Assembly: GCA_050084985.1 (NCBI GenBank)
Contig: JBITNC010000002.1
Location: 23,436,001 to 23,500,000 of the forward strand
Direction: 5' to 3'
From: Nageia nagi
Taxonomy: Eukaryota; Plantae; Pinophyta
DNA: 64,000 nucleotides
Shown here one piece after another: positions 25,057 through 40,700 of the stretch. Below the pieces are notes generated by a model. It saw only the letters and a list, made by a program, of their open reading frames with translations. It did no database searches and was not told the DNA's origin. A program made the position numbers and the translations under genes. Every line of letters starts with the position of its first letter. The stretch's first letter is position 1.

Positions 25057-28000
25057 GCTTAAATATATTAAAATATCTCATTTGAACATAAAACATTGAA
25101 ATCAAACTATTTATTAAAAATTACACTTATAAAACTAAATCTAAAAAAAATATCTTTATAATATCTAAGCTAATTATGTGGACTAATACAAATTCTATCT
25201 TCAAATTTTGACCATACTAATACCATTTTTCTCTTTTTAAGGATGAAGTGTCATAAGACATAAGATTAAATACATCATAAACCTATGATCCAATTTAATT
25301 TCTGATGATGTATGATGTCTGGCTTCCTCTTAAAAAAAAATGAACATATAAATCATAAATCCCATCCTTAATATTGTATTAAACTCACTTTTTTATAATT
25401 TAAATTCTCAAATATTATAACCATAATACACTTAATATCCTGATCACAAAGTAATCTCCATACATTAACTTAATAGGTGGGAGCCATAATGAAAATTTAT
25501 ATATTTCCATCATTAAAAATTACTAGTCCAAAATATTCTCCTGTGGCTGATCTCACAGCCACTGCTTACATGACCCACACACTTATGTTCCATGTCTACA
25601 TTTACTCCTACCGCTCCCATACTGATTGGGCTCTCTCCACTCCACACACCACTCTACCATCAGAAGAAAAAGAAGAAAAATTGGTACTTTGAAGTTGAAA
25701 AAATAGTACTAATATATGAAAAAGTCAATATATCTAAGCTAAATGGTTATTGGTGTTCCAAATCCTGTGGATTAATTGATCTAAAGCCAACCAAAACGAC
25801 GACTAATACAGTCCACAATGGTGAGAGTGATCTGAAAATTTTTGCTGGAAAGAAAGAGTAACGGAGTTTTCAAACAGATAATGGGAGTTGGACAAACACC
25901 TTCCTAAAGATAAAATCAGTTCAACAGGCAATGGAATGGAAAGAGACAATGGAAGAGCAACAAAAATTAGAATCCCAAGAGGCAAAACTGCTTTGTACCT
26001 CTTTTGGACGAACAATGGTTTAATTGGTTGTCATTGTAATGTATGTGTGGCTGCAGATTTTACAGGACTTGCAGGTTATGACACTATTCAATAAAAATGT
26101 AAAATATGCAGGTTATGAAACTTTGGTACAAAAAGTTTTCATAAAAAAAGATGAAAGATGTAAATTTTGATACAATAGAGTTTCATAGATTGATGCCAAC
26201 ATTATAGTAACTTTTGTTATTAAGTTCCAATGCAAACTTCAGCTTTTGAACCATATTAAACAATAGCAATGAGGATTGTAGAATATATTGGAGAAAAACT
26301 GGATTCAGTGCAAGGCAATGTTGTACAGAAAGGGTGATATGATCTCAAACGGACGAGTTGCAAGACAAAACATTCATGTAAAACATGGCGCAGGTAATAT
26401 TGCCCTACTTTTAAGTATATATAATTTGTTTGAAACAGGGTGTATATATTTGTAAAATTGCAGGTATATTTTGCTACATACAAGTATTTGACTTTATACA
26501 TTATGATTTGAGTTGACAGAGCATTACTATCAGAGGTTCAGACAGATAAATGGAACTGTTCTTGTGGAGGAGTTTGGGAACCATATCGTGCAAATTGCCT
26601 GGTACAAGTAAGAATAACGTGGATACAATAATTAATTCTTTTATTTTAACATTCACAATGTTTGATTGCAATAATAATAAATGTTTGTGGATGATTGTAT
26701 GGCTGTCGATTATCATGACTCATATTATTTGGTTGGTCAATCAATTTTCCAACATTGCTTCTTACGTGTAATTTCTTTTATTATTACTTAATTTACATAT
26801 ATCAATTTAATCATTATATCACTCGCTGCTTTTTGAAATTTCATTTTAAATGATATTAAAATTCATGTTCATTCCACCATTTTTAATGGTTTACAGTTTT
26901 CTTTTAATCGTTTAGTGCCACCTTCTTTAGAAGGAAGATCAACTTTCATTAAATTAAAATTTCTATTTTTTTAAAAAAAATTTATTTATGTTGAATTTTT
27001 GAAGATTTATCTATTTTTCACATGGTGTTAGTGGGATTTTCAAAGTTTGATTTAACTCTTAGGATTATTAATTCATAGTTTTCTAATACTACATTGTGAT
27101 TAATTTCTTTCTAAAATATTTCAAAAATAGATTTAAATAAAACTCTTCAATTTATAAGGAAGTTTACTTTAGGGAATGCATGTTTGTCAGTAATCTTTTC
27201 AGCTTCGAAAAAAATCACAGGTATCATTCTAGGTCATTTCTAGATCGTAGTTACACTCTGGTCATGTGAGATTTCTTTGTAACTAAACAGCTGCAAAAAC
27301 TAGAACCGACAAAAGTCGGCATGAAATCTGTGTTAAGTGAAGGAGGAAAGAATGTCTTAAAACGGATTTCTTGTTATCTGAAGGACTCAGAAAATGGGAG
27401 GGTATAACCAAGAGGATTCATTGTTGCCTTATCCGCTTGCAATTTGATTTGCCTTTCGAATTTATTTCAGATGTTAATTTGACATTTAATTTTAATACTA
27501 CAGCAATGTTAACAGGAAGCTAAGTGTTATATTTATTGTGATTATGTGAATATCAATTTTAAATATCATGTTTTATGTTGGATGTTATTTTAAATGTTAC
27601 ATTTATTGTTATTTCAAATGAAATGTTTAATGTAACTTAAATATTAATGCAACAATTTATGTTATATTTAATGTAAGTATAAATTTCAATGTGATATGAA
27701 ATGTATTTTTGTTATGATATTTGATGCTGTTTATGATATATGTATATCATATTTTATGATGAGTCTTTTAATTTTGAAATGTGAAGAGGTTGGAATTGAT
27801 GCTTACACGACTATTGGATAGACTTTGGTACTCGAAAGGCTAGGGGATTGATTCAGGTGTGCATTCTTGAAGTTTACAACATATTAATAATTAAATGTTG
27901 TTTTTTTATTTATTTTTATGTATTTTAAAGATAATGGATTTTTTTTTATAGTATCAAATTCATGATTCATAATTGCCTAAAACAAAGTTCATAATAATTA

Positions 28001-31000
28001 ATAAGGTTGATCTTTATTACTTGTAAATATTGGAATTAACGTAAGACATATATACATTATTTTAGTTGCATAGTGTTTTCATAGGAAGACTATTTAATAT
28101 TTAAGTATGTATTATGTTAGTTGTTAATTTATTAAATTTTATAACTAAGAAAATAGAAAAGAAAATAAGTTCAAACAAAAATAGTAAACTACATGACCTC
28201 AATGCATTGATATTGAGGAAATTTGACTTGCTTTCAGATTTTCAACTTGAATTGTAAAACATAGTCAACAATAGTAGTAGTGAACAAGATTTTTATGTTT
28301 TTTTATATATAGTTTGTGAAGGAATTTAACACCTCTAGGTTGAGGTTGAAATATTTTATTAATTTTGAAGAAGTCAATACTATAGAATCACTTTTCAATT
28401 ATTGTAAAAATGAGGGGGAAATAAAATATATACATGAGTTTTAAATTTCTACCATATGCTTATCCCTTCTATTTGAATTTTGCAACATGTAGTTGAGACT
28501 ATAAGGTCTCCTTGCACTCCTCCCTTTAACAACATATTCATAGGAAATCTACATCAAATTTGATTAATAGATTCCTTCATATGGGTAACCATGGTCAACC
28601 ATCCTTTTGTGGTAGTCAAATATTCCACCTGCTAACTATATTTACTTCTAATAAACTTCATCACAACACCTAACACTCTTCCTTACTAGTTTCCTATTTA
28701 ATGCATCCATGGAGTTCCTTAGTCCATATATAGTTATTTTTATGAGTAGAATTATTATTTTTACAACTCAACTTAGCATAAGCCTTTTGGCTAGGAAGTG
28801 AAAACCTCCTATTATTATGGCGTTGAAAGAGGTGAGTGCTTACCTACCAAAGTTCATTGAGTATTTATGGTATAATGAGTGGTCCTTTGGAACCAAAAAT
28901 ATCTTTTACAAGATAATTCATTTTTGCTTTCTTAGATGTAGTCTAGCCATTATCCCCAACTGCATGATTGATCCATGGGGTTCACAATTGAATCATTTTT
29001 ATTCACTAGCAAAGAGATTGAGAGATAGTTATATACTTATGCAACCTTATGATTTTTTTGAGGATCCTTAAGCTCTAAACCTAATTCATTTTATTGTATT
29101 CATTCTTGTACTTCATTCATTTAGTAATAAAAATAAAAAATACATTATTCTACAACTTTTTCATATGGTTGTGTGGTATGTTTTCTATTTCTAAGATTAT
29201 ATGTATGAGATAACATTGTAGATATTTACATAGAAGATCTGAAGCAAAACTAAGGTGTTATTTTTCTATTTGGTATCATTTTATTTCAATGGGTATTTAT
29301 TATATTTTCATTTTGTGCATTTATTCAAGTGTTATTTGTGGTTCTCTCAAATTATGCTTTTAAATAATTTTTTTCTTATAGAGATTACTACTTTCTTCTA
29401 GACCTTTTTGATATGATTATTATTGTGTTAGATAGAGGGTTTCAATATCTATTCAACCATATATAATAATCCATAATTTATTATCATATCATACACAGAA
29501 ACCACGATTTTCTAACATGCACTTACATAGTCCTACTCAGTAAAACCCCATGAATTGTTTCACTTCTAGTTCTTTTTTGACCCATATAATCTCTATATAC
29601 ACCTAGGAGACCTATATATAACCTAGAAAACTCTATATAGGCTCCTCAAACTTCAAATTAATATTGTGAGAGACTTGTAGCTCCATTTGAAATGTATGAG
29701 TACTCATTGGAAAAGTATATTGAAAATATATCCAACTATATATATTGATTCATATTTTATGACTTCTAATCTTGTAAATCATGATAATATTAATAGTACT
29801 ATATTTTCATTCTGTAATCCAATAAAGGAGTTTGCCAAAATATATGAGCTTTAATTTATAAGACTATAGTGTATATTCATGAGACTATTCACAACTTTAT
29901 AGATTAGTTAACCATTATAATCTAACAAGTATTTCATCTCTTCAAATTCTTTAGTAAAAAATTGAAGGTTGATGTCAAATTTAGTAGCTTGTGCCTTTGT
30001 TTGCCATCCTTGGAGCATGATAACTTCAAATTTTCTAATTGGTATGATAGCCTCTAAAAGTTCTAGTGGTTATAGTATTACCAAATCAATATATCTAGAA
30101 TGCTATTCTTTGTATAAGACTTGGGTGCTTTCTAAAATCTTAATTTAGTATCATAGCTAGTTAGACACAGATGAATTGAAAAATCCTATGTTGGCAACAT
30201 AGTAACATCTAAGGGGAGATCAAATGTATATAAAATTATCATCATTTATTTGTAGAGTATAAAATATTTTACATTACAAGGGATAATGAAGGAATGTAAT
30301 TTCTGTTGGCTAATAGTATAATATTTTATTTATTTAGAATAATTCAAGACTATAAAGTCACTTAAAATTTTAAATTTACCATTTAAAATAAAATAGTGTA
30401 AATATAAAACCAAGTAAGAAAGTACCACACGAGAACATCACACAACACAAGATGTAACAAGGTTCACCAATGTGTCTACATCCTCATATAAGATTGCTTA
30501 GATCATGGTTCAAATCTAGCCTTTGCAAAGCACCAACTTTACATACAATTTACAAGCACCAACTAGAAGGAGCACAAATCCCAAATTTATTAGCAACATT
30601 TGAAAGGAGCACCAACCCCTCTTGCTAAGCACCAACCTAAAAAAGCAATGAAATAATGATTTTGATCAAAGTTGTCAAACCTATCTTAAAGATCCTCAAT
30701 ATCCTAGCTCATCAAATTTCACTCTTGGCTATCTCTATCTAACTCTTTCAATCACTTTTTATATCCAAACTACTACTCTCATTGCTATTTAAAATTATTT
30801 AGCATTTGGAGTATCATTTTTGTCTCAACAGAAAGTTATACCATATTGCTACCAATCTTGCATATTTTCTTATCTCTACAATACCACCCTATTAATTTAC
30901 ATAAACTTCTATCAACTCATTATATATTTAGCAAAATATTTCATACAATCTCTCCTCAATAGCAGCATATTATCTCTCTCAACAACATACTTTTACTTGG

Positions 31001-31788
31001 CTATACTCAAAAATATTCTATCCGGTTGTTCTCTATTGTAACTATCCACACCAATATTTTTTAGTTACACTCACTAAATAATCTCCTTTTCCTTGTTATT
31101 TTTGTTAGGTTATACTTCATACCATTTTCTATTTCATCCATAAATCACTCTTGAATAATAAAACTACTCATGATGGTCATTTAGTTACAAACATTTTTAA
31201 TTACAAAAATAATGAATACAATAAAGTTCCATATATTGTAGATGCTATAACTTTTGAAAAAGGTATACAAATGTACTAAAAACTCCACCATTGGATATAT
31301 TATTTCCTATATATATGAATCAAGTGGTTATACAACCCCTTTTGCTTCACAAATGAGCATTTGGCAGCAATTTTCATGATTGCTATAGAAAATTACAATT
31401 ATAAATGTCCATAACAAATAAAGGGATAATTGCACTTCATTTATCCTACCATAAATGCCCAAAATAAATGGAGGGATAGTCTCACTCTATTTATACTATC
31501 ATAAACATCCAAAATTTACCATGCAAATTTTTACATGTGAAAAACTTCATTGATGGCCAATAAACTTCCTTGATGCCTAACAAAGTGTGGTATAATTGAA
31601 CTTCATATATCTTCCACCTTTTTTATTGCATATTTACTTTATTTTGACACTTAACAAAGGTTTATATGCCTTACTAACCTTTTTTATGCTCAACTAACAT
31701 TTTTTATATTTGAAAAGCATTTTTGACCTATTTTAGTAAATTGCTTTGTTTAATGGGTAATTTTTCGATGAAGGTAGACATGCATATA

Positions 31789-34700
31789 TGAAAGAATATG
31801 GAAGAATTTAGTAGACAACAATATAATTCATTTAGCAAATTTGAAATAGAATATATAGGACCTCAATGAGTAACTAATCTAAGCTCATGGCAGTTACAAG
31901 AAGAACCAAAAATGAATGCTAAGGATTGATCCACTCAAATTTGGATCAAAATAGCTAAATGGGAGTTACAATCATGTTCTAGGATATTCTCCCATCATCA
32001 CTACAAAGTAACATATCTTGAAAGAATGTGCAAGCAATAAAAATTTAAGGAAAACTCATAAATATTGTAACTATAAAAAACTCTGATAAAATATGTAGTG
32101 TATTTAGAAATGCAATGGTGTTTCCTAAAATACACAAGGTTGTAGAAATGCAACAATGTTTCCATATATAGATGAAATGTGATGGTGTTTCATTCTAGTA
32201 AATTTACAAAACTTGAATCTCTAACATACTATGGATGACAAGGTAGTCTATCAACTTTACAAATCGACTTATAGTAATATCCTTGGTGAACAAGTCATCC
32301 AAGGTATCCTCACTCTGGTAATAATGCAATTCAAGAACTTTATTCTCAACCATTTCTTGGATGAAATGGTATTTCAAATCAAAGTGCTTGAATCTATAAT
32401 GATGCACAATATTATTTTATAACTAAATAATAGTCTATTTATCATAGAATAAGGTAGTGGCACCAATTTATTTTTCTCCAATCTTCTCAAGAATTTTCCA
32501 CATCTACATGGCTTGTGCACTAGCATTAGTGATGGCAATGTATTCAGATTTAGTGAAGGATAAAGTAACTTTTATTTATTTTCTTAAAGAAAATGTAACC
32601 TTAAACAATTACCAAAAGTATATTTTTTATCATCTATGTTGTTACGCCAATCAATATCACTATATCCAACAAGTTTTACATCTTTAATTTTGAGGTAATA
32701 AATGCCTAAATTTGGAATACATTTTACATATATTAGAATTCAGTTGGCTAATTTTAAATAAATCTGTAAAGGAGCACTCATATACCTAGACACAAGTGAA
32801 ATAACATGACAAGTATCAACCCAAGAATTTGTTAAGAACATCAAGCTCCCAACTATGCTTCTGTAATTATGCACATAAGCTTCAACAACCCCATCATATT
32901 TACTTAAGTGTTCTCAAAGAGAAATGGAAGTGAAAACAAAATAATGTTTATAGTAGCTTCTTGTGAATCCAAAATTTTGGTAATACCCATATATCTATGA
33001 GTACTAAGCCCTTTAGGATTACTTGAGGTCATACAAGGCCTTCTTCAACCTATAAACATGATGCTCTTTACCTATGTTTTCAAAACCTTGGGTTTGAGCA
33101 ACAAATACCTCTTCATTAAGGTATCCATTCAAGAATGCACTCTTGACATCTAAGTGGTATACCTTCCAACCTTTTTGTTCCACAATGGAGAGAACCATTC
33201 TGATGGTTTGTTGTCTAGCAATAGGAGCAAAGGTCTCCTCATAATCTATATTGTATCTCTAAGTAAATCCTTTTGTCACAATCCTAGCCTTATGCCTCTC
33301 AATGGTTCCATCAACATTAAACTTGGTCTTATAGACCCATTTAGAGCTTACAACCTTTTTCCCTTTTGGAAGCTCAACTAACTCCCATGTATCATTTTTC
33401 TCAATGGAGTGCATCTCCTCTTCCATAGTCTTCATCTAAACATCATTAGTACATGCATTTTCATAATAAGAAGGCTCTAAATCAACAACAACCACCAATG
33501 CAAAACTATCCAATTCACCTTTAGGTTCACCATCCAACTCATCACTATATAAATGGATATTTTCAAGCCTCTTAATTACTTTATCTACTTCTTTTGCTTG
33601 TCCTCTAGTTACTCTCTTTGAAATTTTTTGATCTAACATTTGATAAGGGGGATGATTTACAAGTGTTCTATTACCTCTTACTTTACCATTCTTGTTTGGA
33701 GAAGCATCACCATTACTTGGAACATATTTAGATTGCACTTATGTGGGTTGTTGTGCATTGTTTGAAGGTTTGATTTGCACTTTTTATTGGCTAGGATGAA
33801 TAATAGATTGCACATTAGAAGAGCTTCCATCAAAGGATCCATCATCAATAAGTTATTTTTGATAACCCCATGCTCTCCCTTCATAAAAAATAGCATCTCT
33901 TAAAATAACAACTTTGTGAGTGTTGGGATTGTACAATCTATATACAAGTCTCACTCTTTGGATCTATTTTTTTTCTATGCTCCCTTGGAACATGCACATA
34001 ACCCAAGAAACCAAATAATATAAAATGATTCACATTTGGCATTTTATCATACCATGTCTCAAAAGGTACTATACCATCCAAACTAGAGGTTGAAATTATA
34101 TTTAAAATATACACTACTATCCTAATAGCTTCATCCCAATAAATATTTCTTAGGCCTTTAGTTTGAAGCATGATCCATGCAATATTAGCAAAATTTCTAT
34201 TCTCTAATTTAGATACACCATTTTGTTGTGGAGTGTAGGTAGTAGTGAGTTTCCTTTTCACTCCACAATATTTACAATATTGTAAGAATTCATTACTTAA
34301 AAACACCCCCCATCTATCTATTGTCAAACATTTCAAATAATAACCACTTTCCTTTTCAAAATTATTTTTGAACTCCTTAAATTATGTAAAAGCTTCATCC
34401 TTAGTATTAAGAAATTAGATCCAACACATTCTTTAGTAATCATGAATGAAAGTAAGGAAATAATTTTTTTTACCAATACTTGGAGTTTGCATTGGCTCAC
34501 TTATGTAACTATGCACCAATTGGAGTGGGTAAGAGGCTCTCCATGCTTGACCTTTTGAGAATCCTGATCTTTATGTTCTTGGACCTTAGGCAGTCGATAC
34601 ACCATCTCATTCAAGACCAAGCTTCTTAAACATATAAATTTTAGATACCCATATCTCAAATGCCAAAGATAATTCTCATTATCAATAGTAGCATTAGCAA

Positions 34701-37700
34701 TATTAGAACTTTGCTCACCAAATCTAAGAGGAAATAATCTATCCCTTATCATGGGAATAGTGGTGACATGCTTATGCCCTTTGTTCTTCTAAAAAATCAT
34801 ACATTTTCTATTCTTAAACACAATTTTGTAGTTCTTTTCCATTATTTTACCCATGCTCAACAAATTATGCTTCAGCTTTTGAATGTAATACACATCATTA
34901 ATCCTTTTGTTACCTTCATTTATAGACACCTCCATAGCTCCCATCCTTCAACTTGAATGGCTTTTTCATCTTCAAGTATGATCTTGGACTTGTAGGAGTC
35001 ATCCATGGTATAAAATAAATCTCCCTTACCGATCATGGGATTGGAGCAATTGGTGTCAAGGATCCATGTCTCATCTAGCTTTTGGGATGAATGGACATAA
35101 GGCAAGAACAAGGTGGAGGATCCATCCTCCTTAGCATAGTTGGCACTTTGGGCTCCTTCTTAAGAAGACTTCAATCTACATTCTCTTTCATAATGTCCAT
35201 ACTTATTAAAATAGTAATATTAATTGTCTCTCTTGTCACGTCTTGGATAATCCTTTCTACCTCATCCTTGGAATCCTCCTCTACCTTAGAAGCCACCTCT
35301 CCTTTATCTTCCTTTAAAATATCTACCTCTTCCTCTAGCTTGAGCTCCCCCTTGACCACTAGTTCTAGTGTCACCTTCTTTAGATGTGATGGCCTTCTCT
35401 TCCACACTCCGAACATTTGAAAGTGGAGCAAACCATTCCTCATGTGACATCAAGGAACCAATGAGTTGATAAAGAGTGAGAGTGCTAATATCTTTGATCT
35501 CTTCAAATATGATAATGGTTTAGTTCCATTTTAGAAGTGTTCTCAACACTTTCTTCACTACAATAGGATTTTTGACCTCCTATCCAAGTATCTCCATAAT
35601 TTGAACACAAGTATTCATTTTTACATAATACTCTCCAATATTCTCATCCTCTTTTTGCTTCAAATTTTCAAACTCTATTTTCAAATTCTAAATCCTAACT
35701 TTCTTCACTTGATCATTACCTTGGAACCCATATCTTAAGACATTACATGTATTCTTTAGCTTATTACAACTAGCAATCCTTGGGAATAACCTCTTATACA
35801 AGGCTGATTCGATATGGTCGATAGCAAAAGAATTCTTCTTTTGGGTCTCTCTTTTAGTAGGCTTATCATCTTGAGAAACTGTGTCCCAGTATAGCTCTAG
35901 ATAACCATATTCAATAAGGTCCCACCCTCACTTTCCTATGACCAAATGCTTCATCTTCAATCCCTAATATTTGTAATCCCCTCCATTGAACTCTAGTATG
36001 AGAAGAGAATTCACTCTAGAATTATCTCTCTCAATCCAACAAGCTCAACACACACTACAAGCCTATTTGGATAACGTTTTGTAAAACTTGCTAAGTTTTT
36101 GTAAGGTACCCACAACTTCTTCAAACCAAACTAAGATCAACTATCTCTAATGCTAATATGAAATAATATGGTAGAATTGAGCACAAAATAACATAATTCA
36201 TTTAGCAAATTCAAAGTACAATATATAGGATCTCAATGAGTAACTAATCTAAGCTCATGGAGGTTACAAAAAGGACCCAAAGTAAATGCTAAGTACTATT
36301 ACACAAATCTTCAAATCTGAACCAAAATAGTTAAATAGGAGTTACAATCATGTTCTAGGACACTCTCCCATTATCTCTACAAAGTAACAAGCCCTAAAAC
36401 AATGTGCAAGTAAGAAATATTGATTGGAAACTTATAAATATCATAATTGTAAAAAATTTAAAGATCCAAATACAATCTCAAGTGTAAATTACTAATTTCA
36501 ACCAAGAAAATACCCACCTCTAGCCTATAAGTGCAAATACAAGTATTTAAAAGGCCACAATACTAATGTTAGGGTTAGGGAATTAATTACAAACTTCAAC
36601 AACACAATAATGCCAATCTTTGGTTCATACATGCATGAATGTGTAAATAAACCACAACATTGCAATAGTAAAGCATATACAAGACAAATATGATGATCCA
36701 ATATTTAACAGTTGTATATAAGGTGAATGGTGATCATTAATATAACATCAGAACCTATAGGTTTGATGTTGGCCTTAATCCTTAAACTAGATGGATGGAT
36801 GGGATAGTCTTGCTCCCTCAAAACCTAAATCCTCTCCATAAAAGGAGCCCTCCTCTAATTTTGGTGACCAATTGAATAGTAAAAGTGCAAACTTAAAATA
36901 CCATTATATGGGCAAGGGTGCTACACTAATGCTATAGATTAACAAGATCCCTCAGCCTGTTAATCCTCCTAGATGCTACACCTAGGGGTTTTATTAGAGA
37001 TACTAAGACTTCTTGTCCTTTGAATAATATCAAGTGTAATAATAATCAAGCATATACAACTATGAGGTTCCATTTCCTTTTTATAACATATCATCAAATC
37101 TGGATCTCACCTAGGAGTCATTACTTAGCTCCTTAATTCTAATGTTAGCCACTTGGGGACCCAAAATGTTGAATTTGGGTTCCTAAGGGGTCAAGCATTC
37201 TAATGTGGGGTCTTTGAGTGCCATAAACACCAACATGGGGATCTAGAGTGCCATGCATGCCTAATGTGGGTCTAGGACCCATATGTGGGATTGGGTGTCA
37301 TCATGGGACAATGTGGAGGTCTAGGAGTCTCCCTAAGATTGACACATGTACATAAGTGCTCATCCATCCACCTAAGTGCTAAATAGCCCTTGGGATTCCC
37401 ATAATCATGATTAGGATCTCCAAGTATAATTAAACACTAAATCTATGCTTGGGAGGAATATGTCCCACTTGGGGCTCATAGTGGGATCTATTTATCAATT
37501 AATTCCCCTATCCCAAGTATTAACTTAAAGTTAAATGCAATAATAAAATATATTACATAAGGGAATCCATTGGATTCCATAATTAATTACACGAATAGAA
37601 GGGAATGCCACAAAGCCTCCCCTCTCAAGATTGCTTTCCCTGAAGCAATTCAACACAAGATGTGCAAGTATGTCTATCTCTTCCCATGTAGAGTCCTTAT

Positions 37701-40700
37701 CTAGAAAATCCCTCCTCTTAAGCAAATACTCTTGAATCTATATGGATCTCAGATTCTTGATCCTAATCTCTAGCACTCTCTCAAGAACCAAAACCAACTA
37801 TCCCTCATCATCAAGTGGGGGTAGAGTAGTGGAAGAAAAATCCTACTATCCTATGAAATTCTTTAGTAATGAGACATGGAAGGTGTTGTGGATCTTTCTC
37901 TCTTGGGATAGATCCAACTTGTAGGCATCTTATCCTACCTTATGTAGGATCTTGTATGGTCCAAAGAACCTAGGTTGCAACTTATCTACTCTTCTCTTCT
38001 TGAGTGAAGATTACCAAAATGACTGCAACCTCAAGTACACCATATATCCTACCTCAAATTTCATCTCTATTTGGTTATGATCATAGTACTTCCTCTACTA
38101 ATTAAGGGCAATTTGTAGGTTCTACTTTAATGCTCTCATAATGTCTTGGTATTATTGCAAGAAATATTTATCTTTTGGGATCCTAATTTCATCAAAAACT
38201 AAGTTAGTAAATTTAGAAGGATCATAACCATACAAATATCTAAAAGGATACATTTTGATAGACATATGATAGATGGAGTTATAGAAATACTCCCTAATGT
38301 AGAGGTACTGGACCCACATTTGCTATTTTTTGATCACATAGTATCTCAAGTACCCCTCCACTCTGTTGATGATTTTTGTCTTCCCATCTATTTGGGAATG
38401 GTAGCCAATGTTTAGGGTAAGGTTGGTGCCACTAAATCAAAATAATTCCTACTAAAACAAGCTCATGAACTTGATTTTCCTATCACTCACAATCCTCCTA
38501 GGAAAACCATGCAATATAAAAATCTTCTTGAAGAATAAGTCAACCAACTATGTTGTTATATTTGTGATAGTGATGGAAAAGAAGTGGGCAAATTTGGTGA
38601 GCCTATAAACCACCATAAAGATGTTATCTTTGGCTTGTACCCTTAGAAGGCTAGTGTTGAAGTCCATGGAGATATGTCCCCATTTTTATTGAGGAATAGG
38701 AAATGGTTGGAGAAACCCTATCAATTTCACATGATCCTCCTTGTTTTCATGACATTGCATACACTCTTGGATGTGCCTCAAAACATCTTGCTTTATTCCC
38801 TTCCATGTGAACCTTTCTCTTATTGTTTGGTATGTTTTAGTAATGCTTGGATATCCTACAAGAGGTGTGTTATTCAATGCATGGAGTACTTTCTTCTTCA
38901 CCTAAGATTTCAAAGTTAGGAATGTCCTATTCCTCTTCAAAATCAATCCTATTCCTCTTCTTAACCATGTATCTCTTGTTCTTCACAATCCTACTTAGGA
39001 TACCTTGGGAAAATTCATCTTGAGTGTATTAAGTTATTACTATCTTCTTCCACTTAGCAATGATACAGGAGAGAGAGTAAAAGGAGGTGTTTATGAAAAA
39101 TGCATTATCTACTATATTCTTCTTCCCCTTGATTATATTGGATCTCAAAATCAAAGGATTGAAGCTTACTCATCCACCTTTGCTATTTCTCACTTAGATC
39201 TAATTGGTTGAGAAAGTATTTCAAACTATTATGGTCATTTTTGATGATTAATAGACCATAAACCATGTATTTCTTGAAACTCTCCAATGAATTCATGATG
39301 GCCAACATCTTTTTTCATGCACATTAAAATTTTTCTCTGCTTGGATAATTTTCTACTCTCAAATGTAATCAGTTGTGTCTTTTGCATGAGCATAGCCCCA
39401 ACACCAAGTTTGGATGCATCACACTCCACTGTGAAAGGAATTGAGAAATCAAGTATGGCCAAACAAGGACAAGTACACATGACCTTCTTGAGTGTCTCAA
39501 AGGCCTATTGAATGCCCTTACTCCAAACAAATGCATCCTTCTTGGTCAATTACAATAGGATTGCAACCAAGTGAGAGAAGCTACATATGAACCTCATGTA
39601 GTAATTACATAAACCCCAAAACCCTCTTAGATGCATTAGGTATGTGGCTATTGACCACTCTTAGATAGATGCAATCTTTTACTCATCCACCCTAACTCGC
39701 TCATCGTTGATGATATGACCAAGGTATAGTATCTCAATCATGCCAAACTCACACTTGGACTATTTAGCATAAAACTTCTATGCTTGTAATGTCTTCAAAA
39801 TGTGGTCTTGATGTTTGAGGTGTTCTTCCCATATTTTTCTATACAAAAGGATGTCATTGAAGAAGGCTAACATAAAATTCCTTAGTTGCTCTCTGCAAAC
39901 CTAAATATTATCTTATGGATGTCATCCTCCTTCATCATGATCTAATTGTATCTAGATCTCAAGTATATTTTTTAAAAGTATTTGCCTCCATGTAATTCAT
40001 CAATGAGATCATCCACTCTAAGAATGGGATGCCTATTTTTGATGATCTTCTTGCTAAGCAAAAAGTAGTTAATACACAACTCATAGTCCCATCCTTCTTC
40101 TTAACTAACAAAACTAAAGAGGCAAAGGGACTAGAGCTAGGCTGAATGAATCCCATGTCTAGTAGCTCCTTAATTATCTTCTATATCTCATCCTTATAAA
40201 TATTTGTATGCCTATAAGGAGTGATCATAATTGACTTGGATCTTGGTTCCAAATCCATTATGTGCTCAAACCCTCTAGATGATGGAAAACCCTTGGGTAT
40301 TCTCCAAAAATATCCATATATTGGTCCAATATGTATTGGACCTCAAATGAATTCTCCTTAGCCTCCTCAAAATGCAACATGGGTTCTCTCTTGGACAGGG
40401 TGAAAATGCAACCCCATTCTATCTCCCCCTTTTGGATGATAATACTCATGTTATTGGATGATACCATCTAAGTGATGGCCTCTAGCTTGCTACTAGTGGC
40501 ATTGGATCTGAGTGATAATTTCTACTCACCCCTCTTCTTCTGATCTAATGAAGTGTCCGAATCTTTGAATCCTCCTAGTGGCTCTGATCTAGATGTTGGA
40601 ATACTTGCTATCTCTACCCCCTAAATGTTGGAGTTTTTCCATGCCACCATTTCATAGCCCATAAGGTATTTGGTATAACTAGAATGTGATGTCTCTTTGG

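Noticed and set aside
26267-26340. NEDCRIYWRKTGFSARQCC as a defensin-like peptide
   Set aside because: Too few cysteines, no signal peptide, and a stop follows shortly.
27480-27780. Quasi-periodic AATGTTA-rich tract
   Set aside because: Low-complexity AT-rich DNA with no definable unit.
28480-30180. Possible further LINE ORF1 or retroelement remnants on the minus strand
   Set aside because: Only vague motif resemblance; cannot be assigned without a profile search.
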